Assembly (NCBI GenBank): GCA_013265495.1
Contig: MU058463.1
Span: 2,317,523 to 2,381,522, forward strand
Length of the DNA: 64,000 bases
Direction of reading: 5' to 3'
Source: Vicugna vicugna
Taxonomy: Eukaryota
The number at the start of each line of letters is the position of its first letter. Position 1 is the stretch's first letter. The translations under genes and the position numbers were made by a program. This document shows positions 24,923-37,218 of the stretch, piece after piece. Below the pieces are notes generated by a model. It saw only the letters and a program-made list of their open reading frames with translations. It searched no databases and was not told where the DNA came from.

Positions 24923-27202
24923 TATTTTATAGTTCTGGACTCTTACCTGTTCTGTGAGATTAGTTAGACTGACAGATCTGTTTGCTTCTGCCTACATGCA
25001 TTTTGTAGGAGACTATTTTTAAGGTAGTCAAATAAAAGGACCTTCACAGGGCAGTGAAAATTACTTCATACTTTAAGAGGTTTTGAAGTTTTTTTTATCT
25101 TTTTACAAGATTACCATTCCTGTTTAATAATCATATAATAATTCAAATATCCTCAAGTTGATGTTTAAAAATTATAATTTTAGCAAAGATCATTGTTGAC
25201 AATTAAGTTATTATATTTCTGCAGATAGCCTAGTTTTAGGTCAGACATGTCTTGGTTAAAATTTGCCTTTCCCAGCCATTGCTTTGTGACCTTGAAAATA
25301 ATACTTTTCCAACCTTTAGTTTACACAGCTGTGAAATGGAAGTATTTAGAGGGTTGTTGTGGGGAATAGTAAGCTAATACCTGTGAAGCACATGGCAGAG
25401 TGTGTGGCACAAAGTAGGTTCTCAGTAAATGGCAGTTGCTATTGTTGAAAGACTGTTGTGTGATGGGTGATGTGGTTTTGGTTGTGATCTTTGGTTTTTT
25501 CACCTGATACTCTCTGGTTTTTTCCACAATATATTTACATATGTATTATATACCAATTCTCAAGTGTATTTTTATCTCTATATCTGAACATATTTACACA
25601 TATGTATGTGTATATAGTTACACAGACACACATACACATAAAACACCATCAGCTGGGGAAGACCAGAAATAATTTTATAACTGCATATTTCTTATCTAAA
25701 CAGTGTAAGGGTTCTGCCAGGAAAGACCAGAAATAATTTTATAACTGTGTGTTTTGTATCTAACAGTATAGGGGTTCTATTAGTAAGGAAGAATGGGATA
25801 GTAGATACTGTCTTGACATCTGCTTATGCTACATAGAGATATATAATTTATTTAAATTTTGCCCATTGATGAAAGTTTGGGTTTCAGATTTTTTTTCAGA
25901 TACTTTGCTATTTTCCACCAAATGAGTTAATGTTGAAGCGTTAGTCGTAACATCTGTTGATAACAATATTTGACACCGTTGTCTTGGCTAGTTGTGAAGG
26001 ATATTTGTCCTTCATCTTTCAGAATGGAGATGTCAGATGCCAATCTGGACTTAAAATGGCTGTGGATGTAGTAAAAGTTCCCAGTTGTGGGAATTCATGG
26101 GCATGTACTATGGAATATGATGATCTGTCAACATAAATTACTTGCAAGAGTACATGGAAGCAAATAGAAGGGAAGAAAGGCATCAAGAGGATTTTATTTG
26201 CCCCCCCCCCTTTTTTTTTGCAGGGGTGAGGTTTGAAATGGGTAGAAGAGTAGGACAAAAGTACTTACACACACACACACACACAAAGGGAAACTGTTAA
26301 AAGAAGGCTTTTAAGCATTGTTTCTCAGAGTTTGGTCTGTTGATAGGACTTCCATTTAATTTATCATGCCATGTGGGACACTTGACAGCGAGAGGCTCTT
26401 GCCCAAAGGAATGCTGAAATAACTGACACAAACTGGGACGTGTTTGTAGTATCTGTAGACTGTCTGCATTAGAATATCTTAGAGTTTTTATTAAAAATGC
26501 AAAGTTTTGAGCCCTATCATATTTACAGAGGGTCATGTTCAATATTTCCTGAATTTGTTTATTCTCTAAATCCTTTTTTTTTTTTCCTAATAGCACCTAT
26601 TCATGTCCTGTGGAACCAGTTTTCTGGGCAGCATGGAAAATTCTGGCCTACAGAAAGTAGCACTGATCAAGGGAACTGATCCAGGACTGCTTTCTATTAG
26701 TTATATAATATGAATTGTAGGAAAGAGGAATATATATAGCTGTCATACTACTATACGAAAACTACAGAACTAGTTTCACCTTATATATTGCTTTCTCAAA
26801 TGTTTCCTTTTTCTATAACTTGGTTACTTTTAATACATTCTCCTATATCCCCTTATGTATTGTTTGATGCCAGACGAAATCCATGGATCCAAAACTTGAG
26901 TGAACTTTTGAAAGAAGAAATAAAATTGGCTTTCCACTAGTTATGTTAAAAACAAAGACATTTGCTTGAAATGTTTTTTCACTACTATTACCTAAGATAA
27001 ACATTTATGAATTTATTATTCACTTTAACTTTCAGCAAGCCTGTTTTTTACTGTTAAATAATTGTATTTAGAAATTTATTTTGTTTGAATACTTTTGCAA
27101 GAGGTATTTTGCTCTTATATTTTAATAGTTAAGTCATTGAAACAGTAGCATGGCAAGAAATAACTGTTATTAAACTTACACACATTTTTCTTTGTGTATC
27201 AG

Positions 27203-27291
27203 ATCACAAAGGAGGAAGAGCGAGAGAAGAAGTTTTCTAGAAGGCTAAATCACAGTCCTCCCCAGTCAAGCTCCCGATACAGAGAAAATAG
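27203..27291 (+). CDS. RBM26: RBM26 exon 4 (ITKEEEREKKFSRRLNHSPPQSSSRYREN)
   Basis: tgtatcag|ATC ACA AAG ... AAT AG|gtaatt; 89 nt. Confidence 0.95.
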
Positions 27292-27540
27292 GTAATTGAT
27301 TCTTTGAACTATGTTCAATGTTTAGACATTGGTTATCTTTTATATGAATATTCAGACTTGATTTTCTTTTACGTAGGGGAAAGTAATATCTACTGTTTTA
27401 TTGGTCTGGGAAAGTGTAACTCTGTCTTTTTCTACCAAGAATATCTGGGTGAGATTTGTAGGTCCTAGAGTGAGATTTAGAACAGTGATTGACATGTTAG
27501 TTATTATTTCTATTTCTAACTTTTAATTCTAATGAAGTTT

Positions 27541-27690
27541 CTTTTTTTTAATATTTTACTTATTTATTATTGTATTATTTAATTATTTTATTTTGGTGGT
27601 TTGGGGCAGTAATTAGGAAGTACTGGGGATTGAACCCAGGATCTCATGCATGCTAATCATGCACTCTACCACTTGAGCTATACCCACCCC
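27541..27690 (-). mobile_element. tRNA-derived Vic-1-like SINE
   Basis: gtactggggattgaacccaggatctcatgcatgctaatcatgcactctaccacttgagctataccc, the same family as 2781-2907. Confidence 0.8.
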
Positions 27691-28133
27691 GCTCCCAGTG
27701 AAATCTTAATGTGAGATCTTTTTTAGTACAAAGTTTCCCTTTACTGTGAATAAATTATTTTTCCCATTAAGGCTTCAAAAGCATTTAGAGTGCAATACAT
27801 GTGATATATACCTTTAAGTATGAGACTGTGTAGAAGACAGTATATATATACTATAGGATGTATGTACAGATGCTTTAATGTATAGATACCTTTGTGTATA
27901 AAACTAAGAATTAGTACTTCAAAAGAAGTTTTTTTCCTTTAAAGAGATTTTAGAGTACTTAAATTGATGATGTTCAGTTTTTCAGTTGTTTGAGTTTCCT
28001 TTATTTTCTATTCTGATGGTGGGGTGAAGAATCATAATGTTACAAGAATAAATAGGACTTTTGCATTTAATTGGAGTTTTTCTTGTATCCACTTAGAAAT
28101 TATTTTCATAAAAGTGATTGTATATTTTTTTAG

Positions 28134-28351
28134 AAGTCGTGATGAGAGGAAGAAAGATGATCGTTCTCGAAAAAGAGATTATGATCGAAACCCTCCTCGA
28201 AGAGATTCGTACAGAGACCGGTACAATAGAAGACGAGGGCGAAGTCGCAGTTATAGCAGGAGTCGGAGTCGAAGCTGGAGTAAAGAGAGGCTTCGTGACA
28301 GGGATAGGGATAGAAGCAGGACTAGAAGCAGAAGCAGGACACGAAGCAGGG
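28134..28351 (+). CDS. RBM26: RBM26 exon 5 (RS/RD-rich domain)
   Basis: tttttag|A AGT CGT GAT ... AGC AGG G|gtaaat; 218 nt; ORF 28024..28359 shows SRDERKKDDRSRKRDYDRNPPRR...RSRTRSR. Confidence 0.96.
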
Positions 28352-28539
28352 GTAAATAATCCATATATACGTATGTTTTGGTTGGCATTTATTGTGAAAA
28401 AAATTTTGTATTTGAGAATTTAAAAAATTTTTTTATATTGTCATTGTTATCTTCATTTTTTTTCTGTTTTGATATATTTTGTGGTCCAGGCAAATGATGA
28501 TTTTTAAAAATTTCTTTAATAAAAGATTTTATGTAAATT

Positions 28540-29195
28540 AAAACAACGAATTACCACTGCATACCCATCAGCTACTTAGAGTAGGTAAGGATGGAGATAA
28601 ACTGGAACTTTTTGGAAAATACTTTGACAGTATCTTAAGAATGTTAGGCTATACTTAACCAAATGGCCCTGCCATTCCATTCCTAGGTGTTTACCTAAGA
28701 GAAATGAAAGTATATCTCCACAAAAAGACATACACAGATGATTGTGACAGCCTCATTTGTAATAGCCAAGACTAGAAATAATCCAGAGGTCCATCAATAG
28801 GTGAATAGAGAAACAAATTATGGTATACCTGTAGAAAAGATAAAAAGGAGACTTTAATTCTTATTGATATATGCAACAAAATAAATAAACCTCAAAATAG
28901 TTATGCTGAGTGGAAGAAATCACACAAAAGAGTGTGTGTGAGAGAGAGAGAGAAAATTTAGAAAATGTAAACTAGTCTGTGATGACAGAAAACAAATCAG
29001 TGGTTGCCTGGGATGGAGTTAAGGAGGGGTGGATCATAAAGGGGCACAAGGATATATTTTTTGGGGTGATGAGTATGCACAGTCTGTACATTATTTTTAA
29101 TCATGTTTGGTTTCACAGGTGTATACATAGATCAAAATTCACTAAATTGTATATTTTAAATATGTTCAGTTTATTATATATCAGACCTCAAAACT
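28540..29195 (+). mobile_element. Old L1M 3' end relic
   Basis: ccattccattcctaggtgtttacctaagagaaatgaaa...tgtaatagccaaga...atcagtggttgcctggg L1M 3' motifs. Confidence 0.75.
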
Positions 29196-30081
29196 GAAAA
29201 CAATTAAAAATTTTCATTTCCAATATGTATAAACAATTAAAAATTTTCATTTTGGATGTGTATGTTTGCAAGAGTATGTCATTTCCAACATGTATAATTT
29301 TTCTTCTGATGTGTATTACTGAGAGGAATACATTGCAGGCAGTAAAACAACTAAAACTCCTTAGAGTAAAACATCTTTGCTCAAGCTGAGATTTTTACTG
29401 CCTCGTGACCTTTATTGTATAGTTATCTTTAGTCTTTAGAAAATTTGTGGCCTTTGTATAAACCTTGTATTTCTCTGTTACTCTTTTCTTAGAGTTTTTT
29501 TCCCCTTTGATCTAGATACACTAGGTCTTTCTGCACATTGCTTCACTTACCTGATCTCCTTAATATCTTAGTTCTCTTTCCTTGGTAAATTCTCTTTCAT
29601 TAGCCCACTTAATTTTTTCGTTCATGTTTATTATGAGCTCCTTTTTTTTTCTCTTCCTTACTCATCCATTCTTATCTTCAGTGAATAGTGTTCACTTAAA
29701 AAAGCCATGCTAGGACCTTTAGATGGATGACAGCTAAATGTTTATCACAGAAAAAGTAACCATACTTTACTGCATATTTTATTTTGTTGGCTGAAGTTAC
29801 GCATACTAAGATTGCAATGAAGAAAATAAAAAGTCCCTTTTCTACAAATAAAACTCTAAGAAAAGTCTCATTAAGTACAGCAACTTTATGTGTGGTCTTT
29901 TAGGTCATATTGAAAAGAAATAGCTTGTCTTGGAATATGGTGTATTTATTGAATAATTTTTAAAAGAACAATTTTGTAAAATTTGACCTTTTTCCTTGTT
30001 TAGCAAAAATATCTATTTCTTAGATTTGAGACTTTTTAAAAACAGAGTATAGTTTTATAAGTCATTTATATTTTGTTGCAG

Positions 30082-30342
30082 AAAGGGACCTGGTAAAACC
30101 TAAATACGACCTGGATAGAGCAGATCCATTAGAAAACAATTATACTCCAGTCTCTTCGGTACCTAACATTTCATCTGGCCACTACCCTGTACCTACTTTG
30201 AGCAGCACTATTACAGTAATTGCTCCTACTCATCATGGTAATAACACTACCGAAAGTTGGTCTGAATTTCATGAAGACCAAGTGGACCATAACTCATATG
30301 TAAGACCACCAATGCCAAAGAAACGGTGTAGAGACTATGATG
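30082..30342 (+). CDS. RBM26: RBM26 exon 6 (ERDLVKPKYDLDR...RPPMPKKRCRDYD; start of CCCH finger)
   Basis: ttgttgcag|AA AGG GAC ... TAT GAT G|gtaagc; 261 nt, open frame. Confidence 0.95.
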
Positions 30343-31143
30343 GTAAGCCTCTCAGCTACTTCATGAAGTCTTGAATTAATACTTCCAGCTGACTAAATTC
30401 TGTAAATTTAAGTTACACACAGTTACTAAGAGTTAACCTATTGAAAATAGTAGGAAATTAGTTTTAAGCACTTCATAATTCCTCAGTGTATTATTGAAGT
30501 CTGCATTGTCACCACTGACTGTTAAATATCAATTTGAAGGTAGTCTTTCTTTGTACTTAAGTCTTAACATATTTTTGGAGTTTACCAAACAGGAGTAGTA
30601 TCTACTGAGTTATTTATCAGGCAATTGGCTACTGAAACATTCTTGACAAAACTTACTTCTTTAGAAATCAGTAGTTATTGGCATATCAGTAGAACATAGA
30701 AATGTGAATGTCACCTTTGTAATACTTTTATTAATGAATTGAAGACTCTTGAGGTTTGCCTGTAAAAGTTTTGTAAATTGTGTTAAAATTGTAGTTGCAG
30801 TATTCTGAAAGTTTATGTGAGAGATTTAAATAAAGGAAATGTTTCTAGTGGTAAAAATCTAACAAAAATTTTAGATTTTATATCACCTTGAGAGCTAAGT
30901 ATACTCATTTTAATTTGGTGATATATTTTTTTAGTGTGTATGTTAGCTGTATTACCACTTGATAAGTATTTTATACTACTGGAAATTAGAAGGTAGCTCT
31001 TGTGATATGGTTACTTACACTTGCCTAGTTTTCAAAATTTTTTCAAAAATATTCCTGTTTTTTAAATGTCTTAACTTTTGTTAACTTAGAGAAAATGTAT
31101 ATGTCTAACACTTTTCATATTTCTTTCTAACTCTTCCTCACAG

Positions 31144-31383
31144 AAAAGGGCTTCTGTATGAGAGGAGACATGTGCCCCTTTGATCATGGCAGTGACCCGG
31201 TAGTTGTAGAAGATGTGAATCTTCCTGGTATGCTGCCTTTCCCCGCACAGCCTCCTGTTGTTGAAGGACCACCTCCTCCCGGACTCCCTCCCCCTCCACC
31301 AATTCTTACACCCCCACCTGTGAATCTGAGACCTCCAGTGCCACCACCAGGCCCCTTACCACCCAGTCTACCACCTGTCACAG
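31144..31383 (+). CDS. RBM26: RBM26 exon 7 (rest of C-x8-C-x5-C-x3-H zinc finger and Pro-rich region)
   Basis: cctcacag|AA AAG GGC TTC TGT ATG ... GTC ACA G|gtaagt; 240 nt; ORF 31158..31391. Confidence 0.97.
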
Positions 31384-31833
31384 GTAAGTAAATATGCTTG
31401 CCTCTACTTAATGTCTGTCCATTCATAGTTTTTTATGAAAGTTAACAGTTTGATGCTTGCTTTTGTTAAAAGTATCTTAAGTTAACCTGTAGATGTCTAC
31501 TAGAAACTGAGAGAAAGATGCTCCCATTTGGAATATACCCCTACCTTGCAGGCTACACCAGACCTATGGTTTACTGTGGTTTGGGGTGACCCTGAATTAC
31601 TCACTTCCCTAATGAATCCCAGCTGCCTGTAGTCCTTTATGGCTTAAAACAGACCTGTTTTGGAATACATTAAAAGAATATATTACCCTAGAAAACCAGT
31701 ACAGTTGTAAGAGTTTGGTATTTGTAGGTATTACAGTTTGACTGATAAATGAGACTTACCATGTTTGGATATACAGTAACTTATTTTATTTGTTTGCTTT
31801 CAGATGATATTTCTTATTCTTTGGTTTTGACAG

Positions 31834-31974
31834 GACCACCACCTCCACTTCCTCCTTTGCAGCCATCCGGCATGGATGCTCCCCCAAACTCTGCAACCAG
31901 TTCTGTTCCTACTGTAGTAACAACTGGCATTCATCACCAGCCTCCTCCTGCTCCACCTTCTCTTTTTACTGCAG
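31834..31974 (+). CDS. RBM26: RBM26 exon 8 (GPPPPLPPLQPSGMDAPPNS...PPSLFTA); alternative upstream acceptor at 31804
   Basis: ttttgacag|GA CCA CCA ... ACT GCA G|gtgcag; 141 nt; ORF 31749..32033. Confidence 0.94.
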
Positions 31975-32338
31975 GTGCAGTTTTGGCCCTCTCTATATTA
32001 ATAATGTTATATAATTTTAGAGAAGAGTTTTAGATGAGTTAAAAAATGTCTAGAGAATGAATCGCTCTATTAGGTCTTTTCCACTAAAATTATGTGGAAT
32101 AAAATGTAGACATGGTGAATGTACATTAAATGTAAGTCATCAGTTACGATTTTTAAAAAACCAAGTTTTTCCTTTTTAAAAACATTTTATTTTTTTAAAC
32201 TAATTTTTAATGTATATAGTAAAACATTAGTTATGAATTAATAACATGTTATATGGTATACTTTTTCTCTTATCAGTATAAAAAATTACCAAGTGGAGTT
32301 TTATAATTGTTTTTTAATTACAGTTTTTGTATTACCAG

Positions 32339-32479
32339 ATACATATGACACAGATGGCTACAATCCTGAAGCCCCAAGCATAACAAATACTTCCAGACCT
32401 ATGTATAGACACAGAGTACATGCACAGAGGCCTAACTTGATAGGACTAACATCAGGAGATATGGATTTGCCACCCAGAG
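32339..32479 (+). CDS. RBM26: RBM26 exon 9 (DTYDTDGYNPEAPSIT...GDMDLPPR); alternative upstream acceptor at 32324
   Basis: attaccag|AT ACA TAT GAC ... CCC AGA G|gtacta; 141 nt; ORF 32293..32517. Confidence 0.94.
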
Positions 32480-35400
32480 GTACTATGATAAATCTTTTCT
32501 TCTTGTCATTTTCATAATCTCAAGAATGGAAAACATTTATAAAGAACAGTGAGTCCTGTGTTTATTGAAGTTGAACACGGAATAGTGGTATGTTTGTTCC
32601 TCGGATCCTGTGGTCTCAGTGAGAGAGAAGGTAATGTGCGGTACCCTATTTGTGCACTAGTGACATTTTATTCTACCATCCAAGTGGAGAGGAATCTCCT
32701 AAAAGTACTTATTCTGTGGGTATATTCTATTGTTTACAGTCTTAATTGGTTAATTTATTGAACTCTTAAGAGTAATGCTTTAATTCCTAAAGACAGTTTC
32801 TTTTGGAGTTTAGATAATGAAATTAGCTCTGCTAACTAAATGCTTGATACATATTTTATTTTTGTTTACTTTTAACATGTTAGGATTTGATATTGGTTTG
32901 CTTATGTTTTATGCAAAAAAGTGTGTGTTAGAAAGTGACTCATTAGTTTTTAAACTTTTCTTAGAGGAGATAGACATTTTGATACAATTTTGAAATGGGA
33001 GAAGACAGAATTTAGACTGATACACAAGCCAGGGCAGGAAAAGTGCTACACAAAACGTGCAAAGTGGTATGAAGGTTCAGAGGAGGGAAGGTTCATAGTC
33101 ATTTGAAAGATGGAGCATTTGCTACAGATAATATTTGTTATAGGGAAATGAGAGATTGTCAGACATAATATTGTCCAATAAAAAGAAATCTTTTCCCCTA
33201 ACTACTTTAGCCAACTTTAAAATCCCATTTTTTCCCAATCTTCCCTTGCTATCTTTTTTTTCTAGTAAAAAATCATGCATTATCAATTGTGAATAAAAGT
33301 CCAACTTATTCAAATAACAGGCAATACCTAATGTGGTTTAGTAAACTTGTATTTACCTACACTTTGAACTTTGTTGTTGTTCATTAGAAACTGTCAGATT
33401 CTGGACATCTACCTTGAGTGTTCAGAGAACTTTTTGTGATGGATATGAGGAACATTTAAATTCATACCCAATTTAATTTATATCCTCTGAGACTACAGAA
33501 CAACATTTCACGTAGATGCCCCTTTTTCCCACACCTTTTAAATTCTCCTTGAGTCGTTCTAATAACTATCATTAACAACAACAACAACATCAGATAAAAG
33601 GTTTTTTAACAGTTTCTCTGGTAAGAGATAATATGATTGCTTGTAATTGAAAAGTAGCCACTTAAGATTGTTGCTGTTCATGGTGTTTACTTATCTCCTG
33701 AGCTCTCTCCTACCTGGCTGGTTCAGAGGAAACCCCTTCTTTCTTTGGGTCACTACTTAGCATTTATTTTCTTTTCATTATACCAGTACTCCTTGCTCTT
33801 ACTGGAACCGTCGACATCAAATTATATCTCACCTTGCTGCTTTGGGTTGGCATAAATGTATGCCACTATAGATCATTATTTATTAGTCCCATCCCAATTC
33901 TAGGCCAGTTTTTTGTTGGTGATTGAGAAAAGGAAGGATCAGACACCTTGCATATGCATGTAGAAGTTGGAGTTATGGTAATTTCAGCTTCACATGCATG
34001 TATTTACAAGTTATAGGAAATGGCTTTGTTGAGAGATAAATGTTTGGTATGCCTACTTAGAAATTTGAATGCCTTTTCCCATAGAATCATTGTACATAGT
34101 GATTATTTTAGTACTATTCTTTAGACAATGTATGCTGTTTTTGTAAGCTGGTTTAGGAATATATTCTCCATTAATAACATTGTTTTTATGTACCAGACAG
34201 CTGATTTAGCAAACCATTTAAATTGAGGATTACCTGTACTTTTATTTCCTTATCTTTTTCAGTTCTCCTCCCCCAAAATGTTCTTATCTTTTGCCCATTT
34301 GATTTGAAATTTACTGGTCTGGATTGTGACGTATACATAATTAGAGGTTTATTATATTGTTGTTATTATACATTTCTAATAGGCTGTAGATGGCCTAATT
34401 TAAATTTGTCATAGGCTACTAGTATGTGATAACTATATTTTTATGCTTCACACTTTAAACTTCATAGGGAATTATTGTTACTAAACAAATGAAAAAACTT
34501 TAGGCCTTTTTGTGCTTTGGAATTACTAATATAGAAGTGACCTAGAGGCTCTGATAATTGTTCTTTCTAGATTTCTAAACAGGTAGAGAAGTTGACAGAT
34601 ATTCCCTTGATTGGATTTAGGTAGGAAGAAGGGCTAAGTAGTTTTCTGTTTGCCATCAACAAAACCAGTGCTGAAAATTTTAAGCAGAAAAACAATTTAT
34701 TAAAAGCATATCGGGGGAAAAAAACCAATGTATTATAACTAATAGACACATTTGTTAGTAGTATACTAAGTGTTTTAACACTTCTGCTTTTAAATAAATA
34801 ATAATGAAAGAGAATATGAATGAGAGAATATGAGTTGGAGTGAACCCATCACTCTCTGTCTTAGTAACTCTTCAGGTAAAGAACATATTTAAGTAAAAAA
34901 GGATACTGAATAGCTCAAAGGCTCTTTAGTGAACCAGACTTGAGATGCAGGAATAAGGTCAAAAATTCTTTTGCAGAACTGGTCCTGTGAAGATACCACT
35001 GGGCAGAGAGACTGTAACTGGCACTGTGAATATCTGCATTGCCAAATACTGGATGCTACCACCTGATCTGCTGTGGAGATTTAGCATAAGTCAGAATTAA
35101 CCAGAGAAAGAGGGTAGATAAAGCACATACACTCTGTGATACTTTTGAGAAACTGGAAGAACTTTTTGATTGGAACAGAGGGAGTAAGAGATGGTGAGGA
35201 GAGATCTGAGGCCAGTTAAAGGCATTTGAAAAATTCTAGAAGACAGATGATAGTAGCTGGTCTAGGTATTAAGAATGAGAAGTAAAAGATTTAAGTTTAG
35301 TGGGAAGACCTGACAACACTTGTAAGTTACCGAATTTGGGGACTTAGAATGGGGGTAATGGAGAGGGTGGAATGAATGATACCAGGTTTCTGCTCTGGAT

Positions 35401-36177
35401 AATTGGGCAAATGATAATATCATTCACTGAGAGGAAGAACAGATTTGGTAGGAAAATCTGTGTGGAGATTATAGTTAGAGCCATGAAACAGAGTGTGCTG
35501 AAACAGATCCTAAGTTCTTTTAGTTATGTGTTTAGAAATACTTAGGGTAGGATTTATACAATCAATTAATCCATCTTTAAAAAAGGAATTTTAAAATACA
35601 TTTTTCTGTGTGGACTAAGTTTAGCATGTTTTAAACTTTGGTGTCACTTGGGAATAACAGATAAAATGTAGTTCTATATTTGTGGCACTCCATCTAAGTG
35701 TATGTAAAATGTTGAAAGGAGCAGATATTTTTTGCACTGCATTTCAGTCTTGAATCTTTACCTTTTTAAATTTAGCATGATTTTATTATGTTAATATGCT
35801 GATGTTTACATAAGTAACTCATTTCAGTCACAACTCTTAAGCTATCAGTTCTTAAAGGTCATTGGAATAGTGTTAAATGTTGAATCTTGTAGATTGTGCA
35901 TTTGATTTCAAAACTATAAACTCAGCCCCAGGATGATTTATTTGTTATTAATTTGACATGTGAGAATTACTGATTCTTCTTCAATTAGGTGTGAAAGGAA
36001 TTCAGTCTGAGTTAAAAATTTCTTAGATTACTATATTTAGAGGTGTATTTCTCTTTCTTCCAAATTGTGTATTTGGATGGAAAGCCAGAACTTTATTTTT
36101 AATCCAGAGTTAAGGAAGTGGCTATGATTAACAAAATATTAATCTGTGCTTTTCTTTCTTTTCTTTTTTTCAAACAG

Positions 36178-36289
36178 AAAAGCCTCCTAATAAAAGCAGT
36201 ATGAGGATAGTAGTGGATTCAGAGTCAAGGAAAAGAACCATTGGTTCTGGGGAGCCTGGAGTTCCTACAAAGAAGACGTGGTTTGATAA
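36178..36289 (+). CDS. RBM26: RBM26 exon 10 (EKPPNKSSMRIVVDSESRKRTIGSGEPGVPTKKTWFD)
   Basis: long pyrimidine tract then caaacag|AA AAG CCT ... GAT AA|gtaagc; 112 nt. Confidence 0.95.
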
Positions 36290-37058
36290 GTAAGCTGGCA
36301 GGGAAAATGAAAGAATTTTATTGTACAGTGATTTTTTAGGGTAGTTACAGTATTACTGTGACAGTTCTCTTTCAAAATAAAATTTGTTTTGTAGGCTGTC
36401 CTCAACTGAAATATATAGTAATTGTTTTCTAAAAATGTGTAAGTTAGTTGTCTGTACTTGGAAGGAGCTTTTTTACAGAAATGATGTGGTGGTTGAGCAC
36501 ACAATTTATCCTATTTATACCTCCCTCCACCTCCAAAAAAAAAAAAAACTGCACCCCTTAACTTAGAGATGTTGTTGAATACTAGCTATATAAAGGATAG
36601 TCATGAGCCCACTGTTAGGGAAGGAAGGATGGATCGGTTCTGGGAGGAGACTGAAGTTTGGACAGTCATTTCTTGCTTTTAATCAATGTTTTAAAATAGG
36701 AAGTATTTCAGTACCTAGCTTTTGCAAAAGCGGCCAAAGGTAATATACGCAAATTAACTGAAAAAGGGTGCGAAGACCTTTCCTACTAAAAATTTTAAGT
36801 AGGAGTGGAATGGAAAGTGGAAAGGAACAAAAATGATATGTAAGAACCCTTCTCACGTGGCTTCCATGAAAGATGTGAACATTACTAATTTGGAAACTTC
36901 ATTTTTTGAGGAAAAAATTTAAATTTCTTTATCAACTAGAAATTTCAATTTTGAAAAAATATTGAACTTAAGTTGTAAAGCAAGCTTTATTCCTTTGTAT
37001 TTGATAGAGATCAGGATTTATAAATGAATGTATTAATTAACTTGATTTTTTGTTACAG

Positions 37059-37218
37059 ACCAAATTTTAATAGAACAAACAGCCCAGGCTTCCAGAAAAA
37101 GGTTCAGTTTGGAAACGAAAATACCAAACTTGAACTTAGAAAAGTTCCTCCAGAATTAAATAATATCAGCAAACTTAATGAGCATTTTAGTCGATTTGGA
37201 ACCTTGGTTAATTTACAG
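37059..37218 (+). CDS. RBM26: RBM26 exon 11 (start of RRM1: ...TKLELRKVPPELNNISKLNEHFSRFGTLVNLQ)
   Basis: tgttacag|A CCA AAT ... TTA CAG|gtaaga; 160 nt; ORF 37024..37278. Confidence 0.96.

Noticed and set aside
31184..31426. Gly-rich 80-aa ORF on the minus strand
   Set aside because: Antisense shadow of the Pro-codon-rich exon 7; no independent gene evidence.
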